From positions 1 to 44,665 of the IMG/VR virus record IMGVR_UViG_3300024254_000013: a stretch of DNA of 44,665 nucleotides, one strand, 5' to 3'. This DNA is from a virus (taxonomy: Duplodnaviria; Caudoviricetes). The position numbers were made by a program, and so were the translations under genes. Every line of letters begins with the position of its first letter. The stretch's first letter is position 1. This document shows positions 44,106 through 44,665 of this stretch, piece by piece. The notes beneath the pieces were generated by a model that was not told the origin of the DNA, did not search any database, and saw only the letters and a list, made by a program, of their open reading frames with translations.

Positions 44106-44127
44106 GGTGTGGCCTCCTTGGTTTAAT

Positions 44128-44541
44128 TCACTGCATTTCTGTAATCAGAATCTTGCCGTCGCCTGTGGCCGCGCGCACAGCGGTGATGATGCCCTGGTAA
44201 ATCGGCTGCGGCATGATCCAGGCGCTGGCCGTTGGAATCGCAAAGGAAAAATGCGTGGAGTATGTGGCCGTTGAGTCATAGGCGATATAGAGCGAGGTGG
44301 TGGACGGGTTATAAAGAAACAGCCCGCGGCGGCTGGGATTGGCTTTCACCACCTGCACCGGCACGGTCGAGATCGCTACGCTGGTCGTCATCGTCGCGCT
44401 GGTCGCTGGGTCCATCGGCAGATTGGAAACCGCCACATCCCCGGCCACGTTGAGCGAGGCGGGCCAGGCGATGCGCACGCCTTCCACGGCATGTCCCGCC
44501 GAGGCGGCCAGCATCACGCATAAAAGCCCGGCTTTCATCAC
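44128..44541 (-). CDS. Small jelly-roll-like structural protein with predicted signal peptide
   Basis: MKAGLLCVMLAASAGHA-VE; AN..RRGL.LYN.S...LYI...YQG.ITA pattern of phage spike/decoration domains. Confidence 0.75.
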   Translation of the reverse strand: MMKAGLLCVMLAASAGHAVEGVRIAWPASLNVAGDVAVSNLPMDPATSATMTTSVAISTVPVQVVKANPSRRGLFLYNPSTTSLYIAYDSTATYSTHFSFAIPTASAWIMPQPIYQGIITAVRAATGDGKILITEMQ

Positions 44542-44665
44542 GCCAGATCCTGCAGAAGGGTATTGAGCGCAATCAGCTGCTCGGCATATTTGGGGTCGGT
44601 CGCGTACCCCTCGCCCTGCAATGCCGCTGCGAATTTAGCGAAATTCCCGGCCTTGGCGGCGGCCA
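44540..44665. repeat. Terminal direct repeat, copy 2
   Basis: Identical to 19-144. Confidence 0.95.

Noticed and set aside
1-44665. CRISPR array, tRNA genes or stop-codon reassignment
   Set aside because: No regularly spaced repeats or tRNA cloverleaf were found by eye, and core genes are full-length under the standard code

Overview
The window is an apparently complete, circularly permuted genome (~44.5 kb) of a tailed dsDNA phage with a contractile tail. Bases 19-144 are identical to 44540-44665, and the GH73 endolysin ORF reads across that junction. Almost all genes are on the minus strand. The late operon runs from ~27.6 kb down to 1 and wraps to ~43.4 kb. It holds TerS/TerL, a DUF1073 portal, a gp7-like head protein, DUF2213, a DUF2184 capsid, neck proteins, a DUF3383 sheath, the tube, a frameshifted tail chaperone, a very short tape measure, baseplate, fibre and lysis genes. 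The early region (43.2-30.1 kb) carries a recombination module, a carbohydrate-binding 'moron', a ParB-methyltransferase, PC4, a replication initiator with an internal GIY-YIG-type domain, a ribbon-helix-helix protein and RusA. A short plus-strand island (28.0-30.1 kb) carries a small serine recombinase. I found no tyrosine or large serine integrase, CI-type repressor, tRNA, CRISPR array or reverse transcriptase. The most notable observations are: (1) four fibre/jelly-roll-like late proteins with Sec-type signal peptides; (2) a 15-bp quasi-palindromic operator in seven intergenic regions, and a second promoter motif (TGTAGGGAA); (3) two candidate structured RNAs; (4) a host-like secreted carbohydrate-binding module that hints at an Elusimicrobiota/Omnitrophota-type host (inference). 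Family assignments come from motif recognition by eye, not from database searches.
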